Source: an uncultured delta proteobacterium (GTDB lineage: Bacteria; Myxococcota_A; UBA9160; SZUA-336). From it: a stretch of DNA of 64,000 bases. Location of the stretch: positions 1 through 64,000 of the forward strand of contig CAVPHD010000005.1 in assembly GCA_963704165.1 (NCBI GenBank). Direction: 5' to 3'. How positions within the stretch are numbered: the first letter of the stretch is position 1; each line of letters opens with the position of its first letter. Shown here in pieces: positions 1 through 9,369 of this stretch. Position numbers and translations under genes: made by a program. The notes beneath the pieces were generated by a model that worked only from the letters and a program-made list of their open reading frames with translations, was not told the DNA's origin and did not search any database.

Positions 1-1
1 C

Positions 2-94
2 CTCAGTCCGACCGCGTTCGGCGCTCGGCCCGGCGCGGTTCAGGACGCGGCGATGCAGACGACGCTGATGGCGATGGCGGGGCGGACGGCATGA
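2..94 (+). CDS. 3' end of a gene entering the window; TIGR03086/maleylpyruvate-isomerase-like metal-binding protein (partial)
   Basis: Frame 2 reads LSPTAFGARPGAVQDAAMQTTLMAMAGRTA-stop (TGA 92-94); the AFG...DA....L.A.AGR ending resembles this family's C-terminus. Only 30 residues visible. Confidence 0.45.
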   Translation, partial: LSPTAFGARPGAVQDAAMQTTLMAMAGRTA

Positions 95-100
95 AAGTCC

Positions 101-129
101 TCGACCTGATTCCGCGACCGGGTTAATCT
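101..129 (+). promoter_or_regulatory. sigma70-type promoter for the RIO kinase leader
   Basis: TCGACC (101-106), 17 nt spacer, TAATCT (124-129), directly after the upstream stop codon. Confidence 0.5.
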
Positions 130-169
130 GCGCCGAGCTCCGAACCCGTGGAGCGAAGGGAGGCGTGAC

Positions 170-223
170 ATGGCAGCCAGACTCGTTGGCTACTCGTGCT
201 CACGCCCCCGGCGTACCCGGTAG
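170..223 (+). CDS. putative leader peptide (uORF) MAARLVGYSCSRPRRTR, 17 aa
   Basis: GGAGG (159-163) 6 nt before ATG 170; TAG 221-223; lies inside a highly structured leader. Confidence 0.55.
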   Translation: MAARLVGYSCSRPRRTR

Positions 224-262
224 ATCCGGTAGGTTCGAAGACCGATCTCTGGCGAGGAATCC

Positions 263-303
263 GGCGAGTCGCAGGCGTGAGTCTGCGGCTCGTTTCCGTT
301 TCT
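263..303 (+). terminator. intrinsic terminator/attenuator hairpin in the RIO kinase leader
   Basis: 12-bp stem CGAGTCGCAGGC (265-276) / GTCTGCGGCTCG (281-292) with two G-U pairs, GTGA (GNRA) tetraloop, followed by TTTCCGTTTCT. Confidence 0.6.
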
Positions 304-322
304 CCTCGCCGTGGAGATCGAA

Positions 323-1114
323 GTGTCGAAAGAGCGAATCGGTTCGCCGTTGTCCGGCGCCGCGTTCACGCGCGGAATGCTCGCGGACCAGGAGAAGGCC
401 GCCGTCCTGCGCGAGTTCGGCGGGCAGGGTCTGATCACGGACGTGCTCGGTGTGATCGGCGACGGCAAGGAGGCAACCGTCTACTGCTGCGCCGCCGACC
501 CGTCGACCGGTGTCGAGCTTCTGGCGGCGAAGGTCTATCGCGCCCGGAAGTTCCGCGCGTTCGCCCGTGCGCGCGCCTATGCGGGTTCGCGCGTGGTGCT
601 CGACGCGCGGGCCGGCCGTGCCATGAAGACGCGCACCGAGAAGGGGCGGCGCATGGCGCACCACGCGTGGATCGAGTGGGAGTGGGAGACGCTGTGTCTG
701 CTTCACGACGCGGGCGTCGGCGTTCCGAATCCGCTCGCCGCCTCGGACGATGCGATCCTGATGGAGTACGTCGGCGATCGCGGCGGAGCGGCACCGAAGC
801 TCCGGCACGTCGAGCTCACGCCGCTGCAGGCGCGGGCGGCGCTCGAGCGGCTGCTCGCGGACGTCGAGCGCATGCTCGACTGCCACCGGGTACACGGCGA
901 TCTCTCGGCCTACAACGTGCTCTGGTGGCAGGAGCGCCCCGTCATCATCGACGTGCCCCAATCCGTCGATCTGCACGCGAGCCACGACGGCTACCTGCAC
1001 CTTCTTCGCGACGTGCAGAACCTCGACCGCTACTTCGCGAGGTACGGCTTGTCGGTCGGCGACTTCGCGGAGAGAACCTGGCGCAGCTACCTGCGCGGTC
1101 AGCTCGGCCGTTAG
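323..1114 (+). CDS. RIO1-family atypical Ser/Thr protein kinase/ATPase
   Basis: Motifs GDGKEATVY, AAKVYR, LMEYVG, VHGDLSAYNVL, IIDVPQ. ORF track starts at GTG 311; in-frame GTG 323 has GGAG (313-316) upstream and is preferred. Confidence 0.9.
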   Translation: MSKERIGSPLSGAAFTRGMLADQEKAAVLREFGGQGLITDVLGVIGDGKEATVYCCAADPSTGVELLAAKVYRARKFRAFARARAYAGSRVVLDARAGRAMKTRTEKGRRMAHHAWIEWEWETLCLLHDAGVGVPNPLAASDDAILMEYVGDRGGAAPKLRHVELTPLQARAALERLLADVERMLDCHRVHGDLSAYNVLWWQERPVIIDVPQSVDLHASHDGYLHLLRDVQNLDRYFARYGLSVGDFAERTWRSYLRGQLGR

Positions 1115-1152
1115 ACCTACGCCTTTCTCGGATCGTGTCCTAAGCTGGCGGC

Positions 1153-2553
1153 GTGGGTGAGGGAGCCGGGCGCGTGCCGGTGCGCGTGGTGTCGTATCCG
1201 GGAGACGTCCGCGTTTCGGGCGTGTCGGCGGAGGTCGTGTGCGCGCGCACGCTCGCCGAGCTTCGCGCCGCGCTCGAGGCATCGACCCCGGCGGCCCTCG
1301 TGATCGACCTTTCGAGCGGCGGCCACGGCGCGCTCGACCTGCTTCGCGAACGTCGCGTGCGCGGCTCGACCGTGCCCGCGTTGCTCCTGGCACCACACGG
1401 GGACACGGAGGCCGCGGAGCGCGGGCGCACGTTGCGCCACTGCACGGTGCTCGCGAGTGAGAGTGCGACGAGTGCCGTGGTATCGACGGCGTTGAACGAG
1501 CTGCTCGGTCTCTCTCCCGCGGCACCTGCCGACGCATCGCGCGCGCCAGCGATGCTCTTCAAGACCGACTCACGCGGCGGTTTCACTCACTTCACGCGCC
1601 GCTGGCTCGCCTATCTGGGAATTCCCGAGAGCGCCGCGCGAGGTCTCGGCTGGGTCGAGAGCCTCCATCCCGACGACCGCGGGGCCTGGGCGGCTTCGTT
1701 CTCGGCGGCGCTCGAGGAGTCGGCCGCATTCGAGCTCGATCTGCGCGTGCGAACCGCTTCGGGAGTCCACCGATGGGTGCGGGTCTCCGCGTCTCCGGGC
1801 TTCGACGCGAAAGAGGGGTTCACGGGCTTCGTCGGCTCGTTCTTCGAGATCGACGACCTCGTCGAGGCGCGCGATCGAGCCCGCGCGGACGTCGCCAAGC
1901 TCGAGGCGGTGAGCGGTGAGCTCGAGGAGGTCGCCTTCGCCGGCGCGCACGATCTGCAGGAGCCGCTGCGCAGCGTCGAGCAGACGCTGAAGCAGGCGCT
2001 CACGGGTGAATCGACCGACCTGGCGCTCGCGTTGCGTCAGATCGCCCACATGCGGGATCTGCTGCGCGATCTGGTCGACTACGCGGCCTCGAGCGCGGTT
2101 CACCTCGCGGTCGAATCGGTCGACCTCTCGCAGGCGGTCGACTGGGCGCTCGACAACCTGCGGCCAGCGATCGCCGAGTGCGAAGCCGAGGTCAAGATCG
2201 AGACGCTCTCGCGCGCCGCGGCCGATCCGATCCAGATCGCGCGCGTGTTCCAGAACCTGATCGGAAACGCACTGCGCTTTCGCGGCGAGAAGCCCGCGAT
2301 CATCTCCGTCGGTGCAGAGGCACGCGAGCGCGACGTGCTCGTCTGGGTGCGCGACAACGGAATCGGCATTCCCGCACAGCACCACGAGACGATCTTCCGC
2401 GTCTTCGAGCGTCTGCACGCAGGCGAGCTTCCGGGCACGGGCGTGGGGCTCGCGATCTGCCGCCGCATTCTCGAGCGCCACGGCGGCCGGATCTGGGTCG
2501 AGTCGGAGCCCTCCCGCGGCGCGACGTTCCACTTCACGCTGCCACTCGGGTAG
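1153..2553 (+). CDS. PAS-domain sensor histidine kinase with a degenerate receiver-like N-terminus
   Basis: PAS (GWVESLHPDDR, HRWVRVSA), H-box AHDLQEPLR, N-box FQNLIGNALRF, DNGIGI, IFRVFERLH, GTGVGLAIC. Confidence 0.9.
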   Translation: MGEGAGRVPVRVVSYPGDVRVSGVSAEVVCARTLAELRAALEASTPAALVIDLSSGGHGALDLLRERRVRGSTVPALLLAPHGDTEAAERGRTLRHCTVLASESATSAVVSTALNELLGLSPAAPADASRAPAMLFKTDSRGGFTHFTRRWLAYLGIPESAARGLGWVESLHPDDRGAWAASFSAALEESAAFELDLRVRTASGVHRWVRVSASPGFDAKEGFTGFVGSFFEIDDLVEARDRARADVAKLEAVSGELEEVAFAGAHDLQEPLRSVEQTLKQALTGESTDLALALRQIAHMRDLLRDLVDYAASSAVHLAVESVDLSQAVDWALDNLRPAIAECEAEVKIETLSRAAADPIQIARVFQNLIGNALRFRGEKPAIISVGAEARERDVLVWVRDNGIGIPAQHHETIFRVFERLHAGELPGTGVGLAICRRILERHGGRIWVESEPSRGATFHFTLPLG

Positions 2554-2612
2554 CTCGCGTCGCTGCGGGCGGTGTACAGGGATCGGTCGATCGGGACTAC
2601 CCTGAGTCCGAG

Positions 2613-4424
2613 ATGAGCGTCGGCGCGAACACAACCCGCCGGGTCCCGGCGATCGGTGCGGTCCTGGCGTTGGCGACGGCCGCCGCCTACGGGAGCTTCA
2701 CGGGCTTCGAGTTCGTGAACTGGGACGACAACGTCTACGTGACCGGGAACTCGCACGTGAAGTCCGGGCTCACGTTCGAGTCGATCCGCTGGGCGCTCGG
2801 TGCGACGGCCGCTCACAACTGGCACCCGCTCACCTGGCTCTCTCACATGCTCGACGTCGAGCTCTTCGGCCTCGACCCCGTCTGGCATCACCGGACGAGC
2901 CTCCTGCTCCACGTGTCGACGACGTTGCTCTTGTTCCGCGCGTTCTTCCGCATGACCGGCGCGCTCGGGCAGAGTGCCTTCGTCGCGGGGCTCTTCGCGC
3001 TCCACCCGCTGCACGTCGAGTCGGTGGCCTGGGTCGCGGAGCGCAAGGACGTGCTCAGCGCGCTCTGTTTCGCGGTCGCGCTCTGTCTGTACGTTCGATT
3101 CGCGGAGCGGCCATCGCTCTTGCGCTACCTGTGGGTCGCCCTGGCGTTCGCGGCCGGGCTCGCGGCCAAGCCCATGCTGGTGACGCTGCCCGCCGTCCTC
3201 CTTCTGCTCGACGTCTGGCCGCTCGGACGCGTTCGCCTCGCGCCTTCGCCCGACCTGCGGCGGCTGGGTACGCTCGCGCTCGAGAAGCTGCCGCTCCTGG
3301 CGCTGAGCGCGGCGGCGAGCGTGATGACGGTGATCGCGCAGGGCACGGCCATCTCGATCGCCTCTCGATTCACGCTCGGGGAGCGAATCGGAAACGCGAT
3401 CGTCTCGCTCTGTCGCTACGTCGTCGCGACGCTCTGGCCGACGGGGCTCTCGATCAGCTACACGCATCCGGGAAGCTGGCCCGTGGGCGTCCTCGTGGGA
3501 AGCGGACTGGCTCTCGCGGGGATCACCGCGGTCGCGCTGCGTGCGCTCCCGACGCGTCCCTGGTTCACCATCGGATGGCTCTGGTACGTCGGCATGCTCG
3601 TGCCCGTGATCGGCGTGATCCAGGTCGGGGAGCAGGCGATGGCCGATCGGTACACCTACCTGCCGTCGCTCGGTCTGTTCGTGATCGCCGCGTGGGGGAT
3701 TCCCGCGGTCGTTCCCGATCACCGTTTGCGTTCGCGCTCGCTCGTGTTCGCAGCGATCGCGGTGCTCGCGGTCTTCGGAGCGCTCACGCGAGTGCAGACT
3801 CAGTACTGGCGAAACAGCAACGTCCTCTGGGCTCGCGCGCACGCGGTCGATCCGCGCGATCCACTCGCGCTCGAGGTGCTCGGTGTGCTCGCCGAGGAGC
3901 AGAATCGCCACGGCGAGGCGCTCGGCTTGTACCGGCGCGCGCTCGAGATCGACTCCCGACGCCAGAACTCGCAGTACAACCTGGGCAATCTCTTGTTGTG
4001 GTACGGCCGGGCCGAAGAGGCGCTCGGTCCGCTGCGCGAGGCGGTGCGACTCCGACCGGACTTCGCGGTCGCCTACGAAGCGCTCGGCCACGCCTATCGG
4101 GGTCTCGGTGAGAGCTCGTTGTCGCTGCAGGCATTCCAGCGCTCGGTCGAGCTCGATCCCAATGCGGCGAACGCCCAGTACAATCTGGGTCTCGCGCTTC
4201 TTCGGGCGGGCCGCGCGCGCGACGCCCTGACACCGTTTGGTGAAGCCGTCCGGGTCCACCCGGAATTCACGATGGCCTTCGTCGGCCTCGCGGACGCCCG
4301 GATGGTGCTCGGAGATCGTGCGTCGGCCCTCGAAGATGCACGTCGGGCCCTGCTCCTCGCCCGCGAGCAAGGCGATTCGGAGCTCGAAGCGCAGATCTCG
4401 ACCCACTTCACGGATCTGCAGTAG
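2613..4424 (+). CDS. TMTC-like multi-pass membrane protein with C-terminal TPR repeats (GT-C type, putative protein O-mannosyltransferase)
   Basis: FVNWDDNVY, NWHPLTWLS, FALHPLHVESVAWVAERKDVL, MADRYTYLP, then TPRs (AQYNLGLAL). Start placed at ATG 2613 inside ORF 2178..4424. Confidence 0.85.
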   Translation: MSVGANTTRRVPAIGAVLALATAAAYGSFTGFEFVNWDDNVYVTGNSHVKSGLTFESIRWALGATAAHNWHPLTWLSHMLDVELFGLDPVWHHRTSLLLHVSTTLLLFRAFFRMTGALGQSAFVAGLFALHPLHVESVAWVAERKDVLSALCFAVALCLYVRFAERPSLLRYLWVALAFAAGLAAKPMLVTLPAVLLLLDVWPLGRVRLAPSPDLRRLGTLALEKLPLLALSAAASVMTVIAQGTAISIASRFTLGERIGNAIVSLCRYVVATLWPTGLSISYTHPGSWPVGVLVGSGLALAGITAVALRALPTRPWFTIGWLWYVGMLVPVIGVIQVGEQAMADRYTYLPSLGLFVIAAWGIPAVVPDHRLRSRSLVFAAIAVLAVFGALTRVQTQYWRNSNVLWARAHAVDPRDPLALEVLGVLAEEQNRHGEALGLYRRALEIDSRRQNSQYNLGNLLLWYGRAEEALGPLREAVRLRPDFAVAYEALGHAYRGLGESSLSLQAFQRSVELDPNAANAQYNLGLALLRAGRARDALTPFGEAVRVHPEFTMAFVGLADARMVLGDRASALEDARRALLLAREQGDSELEAQISTHFTDLQ

Positions 4425-4442
4425 CCCGGCCGCCCGGGTTGA

Positions 4443-5873
<1,431 letters not shown>

Positions 5874-5888
5874 AGAGAACTTCCGCCC

Positions 5889-7286
5889 GTGGTGGGCCCG
5901 TATCGAGCACTTCTCGCGCTGATCCTTTTCGTTCCGTTCGCGCTCCGGATGTTCAAGCGGAAGCCGCGCGGGGTCGCGGCATCGATCGTCTTTCTCGTCG
6001 GTATCGGCTTTCTACCGGAACAGGCCGCCTTCGATTTCCCGGCGATCCCGCCGCTCGGCAAGGAGTACATCACCTATCTCTGCGCCCTCGCAGGCGGGCT
6101 CACCTACCACGCCCGGAGCATCTCGTCGGCGCGCCCGGGCCGAGGTCTCGAAGCGCTGATCCTCCTGATGCTCGTCGAGAACGTGATCACGGCGCTGCTC
6201 AACACCCAGCCGATGTGGGACGAAGGCAAGCTCGAGGCCGGACTCGGCATCTGGGACGTCGTCGCGAAGACCGGCGACGACATCCTCGGCATCGGCCTGC
6301 CGTACTTCGTCGGAAGGTCGCTGTTCCGAACCCGCGAAGACCTGGTGGTGCTGATGAAGACGCTGGGCATCATCGGCCTGGTCTACACCGTGCTGATCGT
6401 GATCGAGGTCGCGGGCAGCATCCCCTTCAAGGTCTTCCAGCTCGGCGAACGCGTCTACGGGATCCGCCAACAGCCGCTCTGGCGCTGGGGCGTGATCCAA
6501 CCCGTCGTCTTCATGGACAACGGCCTCTCCGTCGCGACCTTCATGGCCGGTTGTCTGATTGCGGTCGGGACCCTGGCGAAGGTGCGACTGAACCTGCTCC
6601 CGCTCCGCGCCACGCGCGCGCGACTCGTCGTCGCCTTCGGTCTCTTGATGACCCGTAGCGTCGCGGGGAACGTCTACGGGCACGTCCTGACGATCGCCAT
6701 CGCGCTCCTGAAGCCGAGAACGATCGCCACCATCGGCCTCGGACTCGTGACGTTCTCGTGCTCCTATCCCATGCTCCGGACCGCGAAGATGTTCCCGAAC
6801 GAGGAGCTCGTCGAGTTCGCGCGCGGCTGGGACCGAGAGCGGGCGCGCTCCCTCCAGGGTCGCTTCGACGAAGAGGACTTCGTGCTCGGCAAGCTCGGTG
6901 AGAAGTTCTGGTTCGGTTGGGGCAACTACGTGCGCACGCCCGGAGCCGAGACGTTCGGCGTGGGCGAGGTCGGCATCGACGGCTGGTGGGTGAACCGGAT
7001 CGGTACGCACGGCATCATCGGCGTCGAGCTTCACTACGCGATCTTCGCCTGGCCGGTCATCCTCGCCTGGCGGCGTTCCCGTCGGTTGCGCGATCCCGTC
7101 CTGATGGCGCTTCTCGCCGCCCTGATGGTGATGGTCGGAATGCGCTCGATCGACCTCCTGCTGAACGGCTGGTGGAACTCGCTCCCGATCTTCCTCGCTG
7201 GCGCGCTCACGGGGGTCTCGTCGTCGATCGGAAGCGGAGGTTCGCCGACACGCATCGATCCGGACCCGCCGCCGAGGACCGGGTAA
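5889..7286 (+). CDS. O-antigen ligase/Wzy-like polytopic membrane protein
   Basis: About 10 hydrophobic segments; late periplasmic loop RARSLQGRF...WFGWG...DGWW...G..GIIG typical of Wzy_C-like proteins. Confidence 0.6.
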   Translation: MVGPYRALLALILFVPFALRMFKRKPRGVAASIVFLVGIGFLPEQAAFDFPAIPPLGKEYITYLCALAGGLTYHARSISSARPGRGLEALILLMLVENVITALLNTQPMWDEGKLEAGLGIWDVVAKTGDDILGIGLPYFVGRSLFRTREDLVVLMKTLGIIGLVYTVLIVIEVAGSIPFKVFQLGERVYGIRQQPLWRWGVIQPVVFMDNGLSVATFMAGCLIAVGTLAKVRLNLLPLRATRARLVVAFGLLMTRSVAGNVYGHVLTIAIALLKPRTIATIGLGLVTFSCSYPMLRTAKMFPNEELVEFARGWDRERARSLQGRFDEEDFVLGKLGEKFWFGWGNYVRTPGAETFGVGEVGIDGWWVNRIGTHGIIGVELHYAIFAWPVILAWRRSRRLRDPVLMALLAALMVMVGMRSIDLLLNGWWNSLPIFLAGALTGVSSSIGSGGSPTRIDPDPPPRTG

Positions 7287-7287
7287 G

Positions 7288-7959
7288 GTGCGAATCCTCG
7301 TGATCGAAGACGAACGCCGCGTGCGCGGATTCCTGGAGCGCGGGCTCTCGGAGGCCGGCTTCGCCGTGGACGTCGCCGAAGACGGACAATCCGGCATCGA
7401 TCTCGCGCTCGTTCACCCCTACGACGCGATCGTCCTCGATCTCATGCTGCCGAAGAAGGACGGCCTCTCGGTCCTGCGCGAGCTCCGCGCGGCGGGCCGC
7501 TCGGCTCCGGTCCTGGTTCTGACGGCGCGCGACGAGGTCGAAGACCGTGTGCGCGGGCTCGACGCTGGTGCGGACGACTACCTGCCCAAGCCGTTCGCGT
7601 TCGCGGAGCTGCTCGCGCGACTGCGCGCGCTGCTGCGCCGCGGAACCTCTCGACCGAGCCTGCTCGAGGTCGGCGATCTTCGCGTCGACCTCGTCTCGCG
7701 GCGCGCGGAGCGAGCGGGGCGGCGGCTCGACTTGACCGCGAAGGAGTTCGCGCTGCTCGAGTATCTCGCCCGCCACGCGGGTGAGGTGGTCACGCGAACG
7801 ATGATCTCGGAGCACGTCTGGGACATGAACTTCGACAGCTTCTCGAACGTGATCGACGTGTACATCCGCTATCTGCGCCGGAAGGTCGACGAGCCCTTCG
7901 AGAAGAAGCTGATCCACACGCGTCGTGGCGTCGGCTACGTGCTCGCGGTCGAGCCATGA
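7288..7959 (+). CDS. OmpR/CusR-family response regulator
   Basis: ILVIEDE, VLDLMLP, LTARD, GADDYLPKPF, LTAKEFALL, NVIDVYIRYLRRK, IHTRRGVGY. Confidence 0.95.
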   Translation: MRILVIEDERRVRGFLERGLSEAGFAVDVAEDGQSGIDLALVHPYDAIVLDLMLPKKDGLSVLRELRAAGRSAPVLVLTARDEVEDRVRGLDAGADDYLPKPFAFAELLARLRALLRRGTSRPSLLEVGDLRVDLVSRRAERAGRRLDLTAKEFALLEYLARHAGEVVTRTMISEHVWDMNFDSFSNVIDVYIRYLRRKVDEPFEKKLIHTRRGVGYVLAVEP

Positions 7960-9320
7960 ATCGGAGCATCCGGCTTCGCGTCGCGCTCGGCGTCTTCCTG
8001 GTCGTCGTCACCCTGGTCGGCGCGCAGGGCTTCTACGTGCTCAACCGCTTCGAGCGCCTGTTTCGCGAAGAGATCGACAAGCAGCTCGACGGGGAGCTCA
8101 CGGAGCTCCGCGCGGTCGTCGACACCGACCGACTCGAGGAGTGGATCGCGCTCGCCGGACGACAGCATCCGAAGGATTCGGAGTTCTTCGTCGAGGTGCT
8201 CGATGCCGACGGAGTGATCATCGCGCAGAGCAAGAACGTCCCCGGCTGCGGTCTCGAGGGCATCGAGAAGTCACCGTCGGCAAGGCGAACGCGCTACTGG
8301 GAATTTCCGAATCCGCGCAGCCGGAGCGGCGCGCGGCGCATCCGAGCCGCGGAGCTGCGGGTCGGGTCGCGGACGCTCTGCGTCGCATTGAGTCTCGAGC
8401 AGGTCCAGCGCTGGTACTGGAACCTGCGCGCCACGCTCGCGACTTCGCTCGTCGTGATTGCCGGTCTGGGAGCGCTGGCGGCGTGGTGGGTCGCGGCGCG
8501 ATCGCTGCGGCCGATCGCGGAGATCGCCGCGCGTGCGCGGAGCCTGGGCGCGCTTGCCGAAGGCAGCTTGCCGCGAACGGGCTCCGGCGACGAGGTCGAT
8601 CGCCTCGCCGCGGTGCTGAACGACCTGCTCGAGCGCATCCGATCCGAGATGCTGCACGTGCGCCGTTTGACGGCGGATGTCGGACACGCGCTGCGCACCC
8701 CGCTCACCGCGATCCGCGGAAACCTCGAGCTTCAGATCGGTCGAGCGAGCGAGGGCGATGTCGACGCGCTCGAGTCCTCGCTCGAGCAGGTCGACGAGCT
8801 CGTCCGGCTCGTGAATCAGCTGCTCCTGCTCGAGCGACTCGAGGGTCGTCCTCTCGACTCGCTCGAGCTCGCGCGCGTCGATCTGCACGCGCTGGCTCGA
8901 GAGCTCGTCGATCACCTGAACGTGATCGCCGCTGAGCGCGGCGTCGCACTGCGCGTGCACGGCCATCCGGTCCACGTCCGCGCAGACCCTTCACAGATCC
9001 GTCAGGCCATCGCCAACCTGATCGACAACGCCGTCCGCCACACGCCTCGCGGCGGAGCGGTCGACGTCGGCGTGGCCGAGGTCGAGGGAAAGGCGGAGGT
9101 GCAGGTCGCAGACACCGGTCCCGGAATCGCCCCCGGACATCTCGAGCGCGTCTTCGAGCGCTTCTACTCGACGGCGCCCGACCTGGCGGGGGGCACCGGG
9201 CTGGGCCTGCCGATCACACGTGCCATCGCGCGCGCGCACGGCGGCGACGTCCGGGCCGCTTCCCCCGGCGGCGCGGTCTTCACCCTGCAGCTCCCGATCG
9301 CGGACGACGCCGCGAATTAG
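7956..9320 (+). CDS. membrane sensor histidine kinase (HAMP-HisKA-HATPase)
   Basis: Two TM helices, HAMP (GDEVDRLA), DVGHALRTPL, NLIDNAVRH, DTGPGI, GTGLGL; ATGA overlap with the regulator. Confidence 0.93.
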   Translation: MNRSIRLRVALGVFLVVVTLVGAQGFYVLNRFERLFREEIDKQLDGELTELRAVVDTDRLEEWIALAGRQHPKDSEFFVEVLDADGVIIAQSKNVPGCGLEGIEKSPSARRTRYWEFPNPRSRSGARRIRAAELRVGSRTLCVALSLEQVQRWYWNLRATLATSLVVIAGLGALAAWWVAARSLRPIAEIAARARSLGALAEGSLPRTGSGDEVDRLAAVLNDLLERIRSEMLHVRRLTADVGHALRTPLTAIRGNLELQIGRASEGDVDALESSLEQVDELVRLVNQLLLLERLEGRPLDSLELARVDLHALARELVDHLNVIAAERGVALRVHGHPVHVRADPSQIRQAIANLIDNAVRHTPRGGAVDVGVAEVEGKAEVQVADTGPGIAPGHLERVFERFYSTAPDLAGGTGLGLPITRAIARAHGGDVRAASPGGAVFTLQLPIADDAAN

Positions 9321-9326
9321 AGCCAT

Positions 9327-9342
9327 CTCATGAGAGGCTCAT
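9327..9342 (+). promoter_or_regulatory. candidate OmpR-family tandem box
   Basis: CTCAT-N6-CTCAT (11-bp period) between the kinase stop and the LTA-synthase-family gene. Confidence 0.3.
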
Positions 9343-9369
9343 CGGCGTCCAAGGCGGCGTTCGTTCTCC

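Noticed and set aside
3..172. Short minus-strand ORFs (MPSAPPS..., MSRLPSL...AIAISVVCIAAS)
   Set aside because: They overlap the plus-strand gene end, promoter and leader; no independent support.
228..245. GGTTCGAA resembling a tRNA T-loop
   Set aside because: No cloverleaf, acceptor stem or anticodon arm; it is part of the RIO leader.
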